Below are positions 1 through 9,890 of a stretch of 64,000 nucleotides of DNA, one piece after another. Source of the DNA: Dehalococcoidia bacterium (GTDB taxonomy: Bacteria; Chloroflexota; Dehalococcoidia; GIF9; AB-539-J10); contig SKVJ01000021.1 of assembly GCA_007129495.1 (NCBI GenBank), positions 39,806 to 103,805 of the forward strand, read 5' to 3'. The first letter of the stretch is position 1. The number at the start of each line of letters is the position of its first letter. The notes under the pieces were generated by a model. The model had not been told where the DNA came from. It saw only the letters and a list, made by a program, of their open reading frames with translations, and made no database searches. Made by a program: the position numbers and the translations under genes.

Positions 1-189
1 CATGACGTCGAGAATGATGACCTCAGGTATCTCTTCGGTCATCTTCCTGAGCGCTTCCTCTCCACCGGAGGCAGTCAGCACCTGGAAGCCCTCCAATTCG
101 AGGTTCATTGCGACTGCCTCGGCTATCCGCTGTTCATCGTCGACCACAAGGGCTGTGCGCAGTTGTCTGCTTCGTGATGGTCCATGCAT
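1..189 (-). CDS. response regulator, receiver domain, 5' portion (gene runs off the left window edge)
   Basis: Manual minus-strand translation from ATG at 189: MHGPSRSRQLRTALVVDDEQRIAEAVAMNLELEGFQVLTASGGEEALRKMTEEIPEVIILDVM. This is a canonical CheY-like receiver (VVDD acidic pocket, ILDVM phospho-Asp). It starts 20 nt after the kinase stop on the same strand. It is absent from the ORF track because it is truncated. Confidence 0.8.
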   Translation of the reverse strand, partial: MHGPSRSRQLRTALVVDDEQRIAEAVAMNLELEGFQVLTASGGEEALRKMTEEIPEVIILDVM

Positions 190-208
190 TCTGGTGTCGG
201 TGGCCATA

Positions 209-1333
209 TCACCCCTCCTCGCCAATCGGAAGCGTAAACGTGAATTGGGAGCCGCAGCCTGGTTCGCTCTCCACCCAAATGCGGCCGCCATTCGCCTGCA
301 CGAGGAGTCTGCAAATATGAAGACCAAGTCCCGTACCTGGTGTGCTTGTTACGCCCGATTCGGTCACGCGGTAGAAGCTCTCGAAGATACGGAGAAGCTC
401 GTTTTCGGGGATACCGATTCCCTGATCACCAACGGTGATGTGCACCTCAGGGCCGATAACTGCGCCCTCGATTGTGATGTTCCCTGCTGCAGGTGAGAAC
501 TTCATGGCGTTCTCGATGAGGTTGGTCAGGATCTCATCGATTTGCTCAGGATCGCCCATGACGGGTGGAAAGTCAGGTGGGAAACTGACGAGTATGTCAT
601 GTGTTTCGTCCACCTGGGCGAGGCGCTTTGCCACTCGCCGCGTATCGTTAGCCAGGTCCAGCAACATCGGATTAAGAGAAATAGCACTGGCTTCCAATCG
701 AGACGTGTACAAGAGGCGGCTTACGAGGCGAGAAAGGCGGTCGCTCTCCTCCTCTATCGTACCTAGTTTCTCACGTACCAGTTCGTCGCTCCAGTTTGCA
801 TCCGGACGTGCAAGCGTGCTTGCGTAAGCCTTGATGATAGAAATGGGTGTCTGAAGCTCATGGGATACCAGGGCGAGCAGGGTGGAGCGAATGTGGTCGG
901 TCTGCTGAAGTTTGCTCGAGTCGCGGACGTTGACGACCGAGTGCACGGGCATTTCGGCTTGTGAGTGCTGCACGGAGAAATTGAGATCTACTCTCACTCT
1001 TTGCCCTTCGACATCCGTTATGACTCCTTCTATGTCGAAAGTGCCAATCTCGCCACGTAGTGCGGGGCATGCTCCCTTGCAGAGCCGGTTGCCAGAACTA
1101 TCGGTCACATGCAGCACCTCGTGGCAGGTCTTGCCGACGACCTCGTCGCTTCTGAGTCCGGTCATTCTCTCGAGGGCCCGATTGAAGACACAGATTCGGT
1201 AGTTGTTGTCGAGTGCCAGGATGCCATCGGCGCTACGTGCGATAACCTCGCTTGCATTCAACCCGCACGACCCTGGCGGCCCTGTAGGTGCGGCGTCGCT
1301 CTCAATGTGGTGATCACTTTCCTTGTGCGTCAT
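209..1333 (-). CDS. PAS-domain sensor histidine kinase
   Basis: 374-aa ORF. PAS-like N-terminus (ADGILALDNNYRICVFNRALERMTG), H-box LVSHELQTPISIIKAY, N box LIENAMKFS, G boxes GDQGIGIP and GTGLGLHICR. Confidence 0.9.
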   Translation of the reverse strand: MTHKESDHHIESDAAPTGPPGSCGLNASEVIARSADGILALDNNYRICVFNRALERMTGLRSDEVVGKTCHEVLHVTDSSGNRLCKGACPALRGEIGTFDIEGVITDVEGQRVRVDLNFSVQHSQAEMPVHSVVNVRDSSKLQQTDHIRSTLLALVSHELQTPISIIKAYASTLARPDANWSDELVREKLGTIEEESDRLSRLVSRLLYTSRLEASAISLNPMLLDLANDTRRVAKRLAQVDETHDILVSFPPDFPPVMGDPEQIDEILTNLIENAMKFSPAAGNITIEGAVIGPEVHITVGDQGIGIPENELLRIFESFYRVTESGVTSTPGTGLGLHICRLLVQANGGRIWVESEPGCGSQFTFTLPIGEEG

Positions 1334-1465
1334 CGTTGCATCCGGGGTCGTAGTGTCTAATGGAAATCAAAGGCATTTCTTGTGAACTTGAGTGTAAGTG
1401 CAAAGGCAATGCTGTCAGAATCATTCGTACACTCTCTTCAGTAACAAAGCGGGAGAATCAAGCCC

Positions 1466-1909
1466 ATGTGGCCCTACTTAGTGTACTTCATTATTGGTGG
1501 AACGGTTGTTAGCGCGGTTGCCTACGTTGGCAAGAACGGTGACAGCATGACTGCTGGCTTCGTTGCCAGTCTGCCGATACTCTTCATCTTCAATCTGTTC
1601 CTTCTCTACCACCATGGCGGTATGTCCGCCGGCCTTTCCTTCACCCGGGGCGCTCTTGTGTATGCTCCCGTGTTCATCATCTTTGTGTTGCTGACACTGT
1701 TTCTTCTGCCGCGTCTAGGGATGTTCTGGGCCGTTCTCGGTGGAATATCCATGTATTCAGTTCCTGCTGTAGTGCGCCCGTACGTTGTGCGGCGTAACAC
1801 GGCGAGAGCCTCGATCAGGGCGTGGGCAACGGTGCAGCCTGTTTGTGCGGAAAACTGTACGACGGTTGTGGGACAGGTGAGTGAACATGCTGAAGGCCAC
1901 GGCTCCTGA
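1466..1909 (+). CDS. small multi-pass membrane protein, DUF3147/GlpM-like
   Basis: 147-aa ORF with about 4 hydrophobic helices. The N-terminus MWPYLVYFIIGGTVVSAVAYVGK...GFVASLPILF resembles DUF3147-type proteins (from memory). The last ~35 aa look non-native. Confidence 0.5.
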   Translation: MWPYLVYFIIGGTVVSAVAYVGKNGDSMTAGFVASLPILFIFNLFLLYHHGGMSAGLSFTRGALVYAPVFIIFVLLTLFLLPRLGMFWAVLGGISMYSVPAVVRPYVVRRNTARASIRAWATVQPVCAENCTTVVGQVSEHAEGHGS

Positions 1910-2678
1910 GCGACAACTGACCGAACTCGAGGCGAGTGCAGTGTGCAGCGTGCTCGTCACAAGGCTCGGTGGCTCTTACTCAAGGCTGCTGGGTATCAAC
2001 CTGGCGAGCATGGAGTCCGACGAATTGGCCAAATGGCTTATAGCAGCCATAGTGCTCGGGTCTCCTGTACGGATGGGTAGCGCGCTATCGGCCTTCCGGG
2101 GGATGGAATCTGCCGGACTCCTCAAATTGCAGCGGCTGGCTGTAGTGGAACAAAGCCTGCTTATCGACTTACTGGTGGTTGCGGGTGTAACTCGTGCGTC
2201 TCGCAGGATAGCTCGAACGCTCCAGCGCGCTGCCGAATCTCTTGTGGCTGACTATGACGCTGATATCAACCGGCTCCACTTCTTCTCCGAAGATGCCGAT
2301 GACCTCGTTCATCGTTTGCATCGGTTGGGCGACAAGGTTCCGTATCGTGCGGTGAAGCTGTTCCTCAGAGAGATGAGGGGAGTGTGGGACAAGGCGCGCC
2401 CATACCGATCCGATTCTGTTCTGGAGGCAACCCGCTCGCTTGGCCTCGTGGACGTCTCACTGGAGAGCGAAGTCGTCGATAAACTGCGCTGCCTCTGGGA
2501 GCGGGTTGACCGGGGAGAGAGAACATATTCCGACTTCCAGGTAGCGCTCGCGCGACTTGGGGAGACTTATTGTCGAAAAGGATGCTGTGACTCATGTCCA
2601 ATGTGCAAACTGTGTATAAGCCGACAGTCGAAAGTGGCACGCGGCTGTTGCGGCAAGAATGACGAACCCGCTGTGTAG
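1881..2678 (+). CDS. hypothetical helical protein, possibly HhH-GPD/endonuclease III-like, with C-terminal Cys cluster
   Basis: 265-aa ORF. The KLFLREMRGVW segment and the terminal CRKGCCDSCPMCKLC cluster are reminiscent of an FeS loop in HhH glycosylase-like proteins. The assignment is tentative. Confidence 0.4.
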   Translation: MNMLKATAPERQLTELEASAVCSVLVTRLGGSYSRLLGINLASMESDELAKWLIAAIVLGSPVRMGSALSAFRGMESAGLLKLQRLAVVEQSLLIDLLVVAGVTRASRRIARTLQRAAESLVADYDADINRLHFFSEDADDLVHRLHRLGDKVPYRAVKLFLREMRGVWDKARPYRSDSVLEATRSLGLVDVSLESEVVDKLRCLWERVDRGERTYSDFQVALARLGETYCRKGCCDSCPMCKLCISRQSKVARGCCGKNDEPAV

Positions 2679-2989
2679 TGCTCGATCGATAGAACGACGA
2701 GTAAAGGAGGTGGAACATAGATCGGAAGAATCGGCGTGTCGAGGACTGCGCTGACTTTGCCGGCAGCAGGAACTGGTGTTCTAATTGGAGGGGACGCTGC
2801 TCGCACCAGGCGGAATCTCAGAGATGGTATTTCATGGAACGCCGACCGGGTCCGCAGTGAATACGGGTGTGGGAGGATAGCTTCGTGAGTTGTAATCTAC
2901 CTGTTGCGCAGAGAGAAACAGTTCGGTTGAAAACACAACCAGGTGGCGCTCCGCATACTTGACGGATGTATTTAATTAAGGAGGCAGAC

Positions 2990-3337
2990 ATGTTCTGGAA
3001 GAAGGACAAAGGTGGTGCCGCCACAACAGCGGCACAATCCCCAAAGGTGAAGAAAGCTACCCCGAGAGACCTGTTGATGGAGGAGTTGAACGCGATTGAG
3101 CCTGGCGGGGAGATTACCTATAAGCTTGGACCGATCTACACCAAGCCATTCATCACAGTTGCACACAACACCGAAGGTAAGAAGTTCACCGTGTACCAGG
3201 ATGCAATAGACCAATCGGGCAATCCGATGGGCAAACGTGGCAAGGTTTGGGATGCAAATGAGGCGAAGGATATTGCTACGTGGATTGTCGAGAGAGAAGG
3301 GGCCGTATACCAGGCCCAAACCTCAAGTGCGACATGA
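2990..3337 (+). CDS. hypothetical protein
   Basis: ORF 2966-3337. I moved the start to ATG 2990, about 7 nt after AAGGAGG. The protein is Lys-rich and soluble, with no family recognised. Confidence 0.5.
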   Translation: MFWKKDKGGAATTAAQSPKVKKATPRDLLMEELNAIEPGGEITYKLGPIYTKPFITVAHNTEGKKFTVYQDAIDQSGNPMGKRGKVWDANEAKDIATWIVEREGAVYQAQTSSAT

Positions 3338-3530
3338 AAGGAGCTGGATCGGCCTGTCGTAGGACCCCGCGAAGAATCTGGAATTAGCCGAGGGTCGAAT
3401 GCCCGTTCCGGTCGGTTCACACTGCGGTCTTGCCAGTGGTTTGTATGCGGTATACCGCTGGTGGCTGTCGCCAGCATCAATAGTAAGACCCATTGGCATG
3501 GAGGTTTTCACACATCATCGGCTACGACTA

Positions 3531-3559
3531 TTGACATGAAGGGTATTGTCTGATAATTT
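3531..3559 (+). promoter_or_regulatory. candidate sigma70-type promoter (TTGACA-N17-TAATTT with TG upstream of the -10)
   Basis: TTGACA at 3531-3536, a 17-nt spacer, then TAATTT at 3554-3559 preceded by TGA. It lies in a 620-nt gap between convergent genes, with no ORF downstream. Confidence 0.35.
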
Positions 3560-3565
3560 TGATGG

Positions 3566-3720
3566 CACCCCAAGCAATCGAGCTCAGGGGACAGGCTAAA
3601 GACCCAGCAGGCAACAGCTGAAACGGTTTCACAGTATTCATACAGTGAGATTGGGCACGGCGAACGTCAGCAGGGACAGGCCCTAACCCTCCCGGTAAGG
3701 TTGCTTGGGGTTCCGTTTTC
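3566..3720 (+). ncRNA. candidate ~155-nt structured small RNA of unknown class
   Basis: It starts just after the promoter above. CCCCAAGCAA (3568-3577) pairs perfectly with TTGCTTGGGG (3701-3710), followed by the U-rich TTCCGTTTTCC. Two internal copies of GGGACAGGC-N-CCC are present. No ORF covers it. Confidence 0.3.
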
Positions 3721-3961
3721 CTACTTCTACTCGACGCGTCTCGTCACCTGCCAGCCACCATCCGATATCGATCAATTCGATATATCAGACTGTCAGCTTC
3801 GACGACCGTCCTTGCATCTGAAATATGGCCAGTCTATCTAACTAACTCGACTGCCTCAATCTGAGTCAGATGATGCGTATCGACGTGACGGGGACAGGTC
3901 ATTTCTTGTCGGGAAGAACTGCTATCGGCGGTGGAACTTGACGGGTAGTTGTGCGGGGAGC

Positions 3962-4534
3962 TTACACGTCTATCGCATCTTCCATTTCGTGGAATTGAGA
4001 GCCACTCTGAAGATCGCGACCGTGCTCGGCGCCGGACCGGTAGGCCTTCAGATTACGTTCAAGGGTGGTGTCGGCCATCCGGGCTGTAATGGCCCGGACC
4101 ATCGAGGATTCTGTGACGAAAGGGCAGAACGGCGTGAGAATACCCAGCGCGAGCATGTTCACTGCCCGTGCATCCTTGAAGTTGAGCTTTGCCTCCCTCT
4201 CCAGCGGGACTCGCAACACTTTGCCCCACAGGACCTTCTCCACCGCGGTTGAATCGACGATTACGAGGCCCTCTTCCTTCATATCGGGCAGATTGTCGTT
4301 GGTGGCCCGCTGGTTCAATGCGATCAGGAGGTCGAGTCCGAGGGCTCTCGGGTAATCGATTTCCTCATCCGCAATAATGACCTCCGAAACCGAGTTGCCG
4401 CCTCGAGCCTCGGGACCATAGTTCTGCGAGTGCACTACCATATGTCCCTCCATCAGGGCGGCCTCTGCCAGCACGATGCCTGCGAGCACGAGTCCCTGAC
4501 CTCCTGCGCCGGCCAATCGCACTTCGTACCGCAT
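3962..4534 (-). CDS. 2-oxoacid:ferredoxin oxidoreductase, gamma subunit
   Basis: 190 aa. MRYEVRLAGAGGQGLVLAG...NYGPEARGG is typical of OFOR gamma subunits. It is the last gene of a delta-alpha-beta-gamma operon. Confidence 0.9.
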   Translation of the reverse strand: MRYEVRLAGAGGQGLVLAGIVLAEAALMEGHMVVHSQNYGPEARGGNSVSEVIIADEEIDYPRALGLDLLIALNQRATNDNLPDMKEEGLVIVDSTAVEKVLWGKVLRVPLEREAKLNFKDARAVNMLALGILTPFCPFVTESSMVRAITARMADTTLERNLKAYRSGAEHGRDLQSGSQFHEMEDAIDV

Positions 4535-4536
4535 GA

Positions 4537-5361
4537 CTACTGCCTCATCTCTCTCGAAATGCGCGCGTGCTCCTCATGAAACGTGGGCTTCTCGATATCC
4601 ACCAGCACTCCCGTGACGATCTTGCCGCGCAGGTCCTCAGGCGCCATGTCGCGTGCCTTCTCATTCGTGACCGAGTTTTCCTTTTGCCATTGCATCATCT
4701 GGACTGCAGAACCCATACCGCTCCACTTTCCGAAGTGAGTAACACAAGGCGTCATCACCTCCACCACCGAGAAGCCACTCTTCGCGATTGCCTGGCTGAT
4801 GAGATTCTCGAGGCTGCGGGCGTGGTACACAGTGGACCGGGCTACGAACGGAGCTCCGGCAGCTTCCACCAATCTGGAAATATCGAATGGGTGTTCCAGG
4901 TGTCCGAAAGGTGACGATGCGGTGTGCAAACCGAATGGAGTGGTCGGAGACGACTGCCCGCCCGTCATACCGTATATCTGGTTGTTGACGATGATAGCTG
5001 TGATATCGATGTTGCGACGAGCAGAGTGGATGAGGTGGTTGCCGCCGATTGAGGCTGCGTCACCATCGCCCATTACAACGATGACCTTCAAATTGGGCTT
5101 CGCAAGCTTGATGCCGGTGGCAAAGGTGAGAGCTCGTCCGTGTGTCGTGTGGAGGGTATTGAAGTCGAGATACACCGGAAGCCTTCCGGAACAGCCGATC
5201 CCTGAGATAAGGACAATATCGTCCTTGCCGTACCCATTGGTGTCGATCGCCCTGACAAGCGCCCCCAACAGGATACCGATGCCACATCCAGGGCACCACA
5301 CGTGCGGGAAACGCTTCGAGGACCGCAAGTAACGGTGAATCAGATGCTCGGAAGGGCTCAT
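4537..5361 (-). CDS. 2-oxoacid:ferredoxin oxidoreductase, beta (TPP-binding) subunit
   Basis: 274 aa. Contains CPGCGIG, GIGCSGRLP and the TPP motif VVMGDGDAASIGGNH. Overlaps the alpha-subunit stop by 4 nt. Confidence 0.92.
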   Translation of the reverse strand: MSPSEHLIHRYLRSSKRFPHVWCPGCGIGILLGALVRAIDTNGYGKDDIVLISGIGCSGRLPVYLDFNTLHTTHGRALTFATGIKLAKPNLKVIVVMGDGDAASIGGNHLIHSARRNIDITAIIVNNQIYGMTGGQSSPTTPFGLHTASSPFGHLEHPFDISRLVEAAGAPFVARSTVYHARSLENLISQAIAKSGFSVVEVMTPCVTHFGKWSGMGSAVQMMQWQKENSVTNEKARDMAPEDLRGKIVTGVLVDIEKPTFHEEHARISREMRQ

Positions 5362-6494
5362 GCGAGCACCTCCTCAATCGCACTCAATACCTGGTCCGGG
5401 GTGAGCAAATGCCCGTCAATTCTATTCAGTGTGCGTATCTCACACGTGCCCTGGTTAACCCGCTTGACCTCACGCGACAGTTGTCCCATGTTCATCTCTG
5501 CCACAATGACGCGTCGCGATGACTGCAGGTATTGCGTGACTGTGCGACGCATGAATGGCCAGATCATTTTGAGTTTCAGAAGTCCTACGGGGTAGCCCTT
5601 CTCGCGCGCCAATCGAACTGCGCGTAATGCAGTGCGGGCAACCGATCCGTAGGCGATAATCATGACCTCCGCTCCTTCATCATGGTACGCGTCGTACCAC
5701 TGCAGCAGGTGGAAGTCCTTCGATATCTTATTAAAAAGCCGCGCCATCAATTCCTCGGTTTCATCCTGGCGCTCTGTCGGATAGCCATTTATATCGTGCA
5801 TCAATCCGGTCACATGGAAACGATACCCGTCGCCGAACGCAGCCATGGGCGGTATGCCCGTTCCCGGGTCGCGGTAGGGTGAGTACCACTCCGGAGGAAC
5901 CGAAGGTTTCACCCGCTCCACTATTTCCAGCTCCTCCACGGGTGGGAGCACTACGCTCTCTCTTGTATGTGCGACTACTTCATCGGCGAGAACGATGACC
6001 GGGCTGCGATACCGCTCCGCGAGATTGAATGCCTTAACGGTGAGTTCGAAGAACTCGTACGCCGAAGATGGTGCTACGACGAGTATTGGGTGATCGCCGT
6101 GCGCTCCCCACCGTGCCTGCATAACATCTCCCTGTGCAGAGCGGGTCGGGAGTCCTGTACTGGGCCCTCCGCGCATCACATTCACAATGACACACGGGAC
6201 CTCTGCCATCGCGGCGAAGCTGATATGTTCCTGCATCAGAGAGAACCCGGGGCCACTCGTGGCGGTCATCGCCTTCATGCCTCCAAGTGACGCACCAATC
6301 GTGGCTCCGAGACTCGCAATCTCGTCTTCCATCTGTACGAATACACCACCCGCCTTCGGTATGGCGCGCGACATCAACTCCATAATCTCCGTCGCGGGGG
6401 TGATGGGATAACCAGCATAGAACTGGCAACCAGCGGCTATTGCCCCTCGTGCGCACGCGTCACTGCCCTGCAGCAGAATACGCTCAGTCGTCAT
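5358..6494 (-). CDS. 2-oxoacid:ferredoxin oxidoreductase, alpha subunit
   Basis: 378 aa. The N-terminus LQGSDACARGAIAAGCQFYAGYPITPATEI is typical of OFOR alpha subunits. Confidence 0.92.
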   Translation of the reverse strand: MTTERILLQGSDACARGAIAAGCQFYAGYPITPATEIMELMSRAIPKAGGVFVQMEDEIASLGATIGASLGGMKAMTATSGPGFSLMQEHISFAAMAEVPCVIVNVMRGGPSTGLPTRSAQGDVMQARWGAHGDHPILVVAPSSAYEFFELTVKAFNLAERYRSPVIVLADEVVAHTRESVVLPPVEELEIVERVKPSVPPEWYSPYRDPGTGIPPMAAFGDGYRFHVTGLMHDINGYPTERQDETEELMARLFNKISKDFHLLQWYDAYHDEGAEVMIIAYGSVARTALRAVRLAREKGYPVGLLKLKMIWPFMRRTVTQYLQSSRRVIVAEMNMGQLSREVKRVNQGTCEIRTLNRIDGHLLTPDQVLSAIEEVLA

Positions 6495-6699
6495 TGTCCT
6501 CCGTACTGTGTTTATCCGGTGTCACTACGACGGCGAAATCGGGGCAGTGGAACTCACACCAGCGGCAACCGGTACAGGATTCGCTGTGTGCTGCCACAGG
6601 AAAACCATCCTTGTCTGCAGTCAGCACCTTCTTCGGACAAAATGCCACACAGATGCCACATTTCTTGCACCAACCTTTGTAGACGTCGATCTTCTTCAT
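6484..6699 (-). CDS. 2-oxoacid:ferredoxin oxidoreductase, delta subunit (2x[4Fe-4S] ferredoxin)
   Basis: ORF 6484-6804. I moved the start to the internal ATG at 6699 (MKKIDVYKGW). Two CxxCxxCxxxCP motifs are present (CKKCGICVAFCP, CTGCRWCEFHCP). Confidence 0.85.
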   Translation of the reverse strand: MKKIDVYKGWCKKCGICVAFCPKKVLTADKDGFPVAAHSESCTGCRWCEFHCPDFAVVVTPDKHSTEDNDD

Positions 6700-6952
6700 C
6701 GTGGCACCGTTCCCGTCCGCGCTGCGTTGTATGCTAGCATCGAAACTCGGCAGGAGTCTACGGACACGCTGTCCCCACTCTTGGTGGAGTGAATGGCTGG
6801 CCACTGTATGACTCTGCAGTCAATCATTTGAGTTCGCCGTAAGTCTGTCCGTATCGGAGTGAGCTTGAGTTGTTTTTCGCAGCGATCCCAGCCCACTCAT
6901 GTTGAAGATGACTTGTGAATGCCCTCAGTCAACGCAGTTCTTCAGTTGACGC

Positions 6953-7519
6953 TCAGGTTCGGAGGTGCTTCATCAGGTGCGCTAGGTTCTTGCCAAAGCT
7001 CCGAGCGGTCTCGAGTCCCTCCTGATCCTGTGCTACCTCTCCCTGATTTCTGCCGAAGGCTATGTTCCAATAGCTGGCACCGGTCATGTAGAACTGCAGA
7101 ATCTGGAACCAGTAATTCATCTGTGCAAATGTGAAGTTGAGACCACCTCTGCGGCCGACTACGAGAGGACCGCCAACCTTACCTTTGAAGGCGTTTCCCG
7201 TTTGGCGGGCAATCATGCCAGTGCGATCCATGAACGCCTTCATTAGCGAGGTGGACGCGCTGAAGTACACGGGCGTGGACAGTATGATGCCGTCTGCCGC
7301 CAACATCCTGTCGTACAGTGGCGCCAGGTCATCTTCGATGACACATCGGTGTTCTGTCTGACACGCATAGCAGCCGGTGCAATGACCTATCGCAAGGCCA
7401 GAAAGCGAAATCAGTTCGGTCTTGATCCCTTCTTCTGCAATGGCCTGCAACGCGTGGTTTGTGATGAACTCGGTGTTTCCCTCCTTGCGTGGACTGCCTG
7501 AAATACCGATGGCCTTCAT
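6953..7519 (-). CDS. iron-sulfur flavoprotein (Isf) / NADPH-dependent FMN reductase family
   Basis: 188 aa. Flavodoxin-like MKAIGISGSPRKEGNT plus the compact Cys motif CTGCYACQTEHRC (CX2CX2CX5C) typical of Isf. Confidence 0.8.
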   Translation of the reverse strand: MKAIGISGSPRKEGNTEFITNHALQAIAEEGIKTELISLSGLAIGHCTGCYACQTEHRCVIEDDLAPLYDRMLAADGIILSTPVYFSASTSLMKAFMDRTGMIARQTGNAFKGKVGGPLVVGRRGGLNFTFAQMNYWFQILQFYMTGASYWNIAFGRNQGEVAQDQEGLETARSFGKNLAHLMKHLRT

Positions 7520-7880
7520 CCGGACCTCCTTCAGATGTATTGTGTATTGGTGCCCCGGCTATGGCTGTGTGAAGTGATACACCATGGTGGCACGAAATGG
7601 ATTGTCGTGCAACGACAGCAATCGTGGACCGTCCGAAGAGGACTCTCTATATGTGGCAAACCAGTACGCATATGTTGAGCGTGCCCTGACGGACTCCGCA
7701 CTGCACTTCAGCACAATTCCCGGCGTTACTGCATTCCCCCCGCTGACCGGGAATCATTGTACAATAACGCTGCAGTAGAACTCCTCCGCAGTTAAGCTAC
7801 CTCTCAGTCGACCAAAGTCGAGTCCGTCGATATGTTGACCGGGGTAGGTTATTAAAGGAGAAAGGATTGATAGCGAACCA

Positions 7881-9383
7881 ATGACACACGTTATGAAGAC
7901 ATCGGGCCACGCAGTCGCGCAGTACCTGGACAAACCCCAGAGCGAAATCACAAGACAAGACCTCCTACGTTACGTGAAAGAGAACAGCATCGAATTCGTG
8001 CAACTGCGTCACGTGGGCGGTGACGGTCGTCTGAAGACACTCAGTTTCGTTGTCGAAAGCGAAGCACAACTTGACCGGTTACTCTCCGGAGGTGAACGGG
8101 TTGATGGCTCCAGCCTGCTTCCGTATGTGGAGACCGCCTCAAGTGATCTCTATGTGGTGCCGAGATACAGAACTGCATTCCTCAATCCGTTCACGCCATA
8201 TCCCTCACTCGATATGTTGTGCACGTACTACACCGGCATGGGGGAACGTCTGGCTGTCTCGCCGGAAAACGTGCTGTTGAAGTCGCAAGAGGTCCTCAAA
8301 GAGAAATCAGGACTCACCATGGATGCGCTGGGCGAGTTGGAATACTACGTGGTTTTCCCTGAGCGGCATCTGTACCCCCTGAATCCTCAGCGCGGCTACC
8401 ACGAGTCCTCTCCATTCTCGCGCGGAGAGGCGATGAGGAATGAGGTGATGAAGACCCTTGCCAAGGCTGGCGTCAGCATTAAGTATGGTCATTCTGAAGT
8501 AGGGAGTATCTGCGAGAACGGTAGCGTAATGGAGCAGCATGAGATCGAGTTGGGGCTCGCGCCGATAGAGGACGCTGCGGATCATCTGGTGATTGCCATG
8601 TGGATGCTGCGTATGGTGGGATGCAAGGAAGGAGTGGCGGTTACCTTTGCGCCGAAGATTTCGGCGGGACATGCGGGAAACGGAATGCATGTACATACGC
8701 GCCTCATGCGGGAGGGCACGAACGTGATTTCCGTGGATGGAGAACTGACCGATATCGCCAAGCGAGTCATTGCTGGATATCTCACGCTTGCCCCCTCTCT
8801 GACCGCGTTTGGGAACACGATCCCGACGTCATACCTCCGACTTGTGCCTCACCAAGAGGCGCCAACCCATATCTGTTGGGGAGACCGCAATCGCTCGGCT
8901 CTCATACGGGTACCTCTCGGATGGCAGAAGATTGGAGACATGGCCCGCGATGCCAATCCCCAGCAAGCAGTTGCCAGCGCTTCTCATGCAGACGGGCAGA
9001 CGGTGGAAATACGGAGCCCGGATGGCTCTGCGCAGGTATATCTGCTGCTGGCGGGTCTTGCTGTGGCTGCACGCCATGGGTTGGAACTGGAGAACGCACT
9101 CGATGTAGCCGCTCACCAGCATGTCGGAGTGAATGTCTTCTCTGCTGAGCATGGGGATGTGCGTGACAGCCTTCCTCATCTTCCGGTCTCGTGTGCGCAG
9201 TCGGCAGCGGCGCTTCTCGACCAACGGGCAGTGTATGAGCAGGATGATGTCTTCCCCCCGGCGGTCATCGATGTGACCGCGGCGAAACTGCGGAGCTACA
9301 ATGACGAAGGACTGACGAAGCGCGTGAAAGGCAATTACGAGGAGATGGCTCGAATGATCGAGAAGTACCTCTACTGCCCCTAG
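7881..9383 (+). CDS. glutamine synthetase family protein
   Basis: 500 aa. Beta-grasp-like IEFVQLRHVGGDGRLKTLSF, and catalytic-domain motifs KYGHSEVG, GNGMHVH, SALIRVPLGW. The GS subtype is not resolved. An alternative ATG lies at 7893. Confidence 0.8.
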   Translation: MTHVMKTSGHAVAQYLDKPQSEITRQDLLRYVKENSIEFVQLRHVGGDGRLKTLSFVVESEAQLDRLLSGGERVDGSSLLPYVETASSDLYVVPRYRTAFLNPFTPYPSLDMLCTYYTGMGERLAVSPENVLLKSQEVLKEKSGLTMDALGELEYYVVFPERHLYPLNPQRGYHESSPFSRGEAMRNEVMKTLAKAGVSIKYGHSEVGSICENGSVMEQHEIELGLAPIEDAADHLVIAMWMLRMVGCKEGVAVTFAPKISAGHAGNGMHVHTRLMREGTNVISVDGELTDIAKRVIAGYLTLAPSLTAFGNTIPTSYLRLVPHQEAPTHICWGDRNRSALIRVPLGWQKIGDMARDANPQQAVASASHADGQTVEIRSPDGSAQVYLLLAGLAVAARHGLELENALDVAAHQHVGVNVFSAEHGDVRDSLPHLPVSCAQSAAALLDQRAVYEQDDVFPPAVIDVTAAKLRSYNDEGLTKRVKGNYEEMARMIEKYLYCP

Positions 9384-9701
9384 GGTACCGCAAGCCACAG
9401 TCCGTGCTATGGCGCTGTATGTAATGGATAAGACCGACGTCCTGTAATCAGCGCCATTATTCTCAGCAAGTGCCACGTCTTCAGCGGCACTGGCGAGTAT
9501 TGGCGGACTCGCGTTTGGCGACAATTGAGAAATCAAGGATATCAGATGGGCATGTGCGAAGCGAGCCATACAGCACCGTGAGGTAATCAGTGATTCAGCG
9601 ACCGAGCACAGGAGGAGCGATACAGAACCGGGTCGGCGGAATGTCAGCAGAAAATCGGGAGCAAATCGCATACGATAATCACATTCGAAGCTGGCAGAGG
9701 C

Positions 9702-9730
9702 TTGACAGGTCCGTTCTCGCCTGCTAGCTT
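9702..9730 (+). promoter_or_regulatory. candidate promoter (TTGACA-N17-TAGCTT)
   Basis: TTGACA at 9702-9707, a 17-nt spacer, then TAGCTT at 9725-9730. It sits about 370 nt upstream of the 585-aa ORF. Confidence 0.25.
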
Positions 9731-9738
9731 ATGGTTGC

Positions 9739-9890
9739 CCCGAGTGACTGAGCAAGGGATAGAGGGGCTGGATACTCAAAAGGTAGTGGCTGTGAGGAAT
9801 CCCAAGACCTCCAAGTTGAGGGATGAGGAAAGCCTGAACCCGAGAGTGACCGAGCCAAGATCCCGTGAATGCGAGGCCACTTGGGGCTTC
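9739..9890 (+). other. candidate structured 5' leader RNA with an internal duplication
   Basis: CCCGAGTGACTGAGCAAG (9739-9756) recurs as CCCGAGAGTGACCGAGCCAAG (9839-9859), exactly 100 nt apart. The region is purine-rich with GGAAUCCC / GAGGAAAGCC elements, and no convincing ORF is present. Confidence 0.3.

Noticed and set aside
8829-9671. 280-aa minus-strand ORF overlapping the 3' half of the GS-family gene
   Set aside because: It is antisense shadow of a well-supported gene. The product is Arg/Ser/Cys-rich and low-complexity with no motif or RBS.
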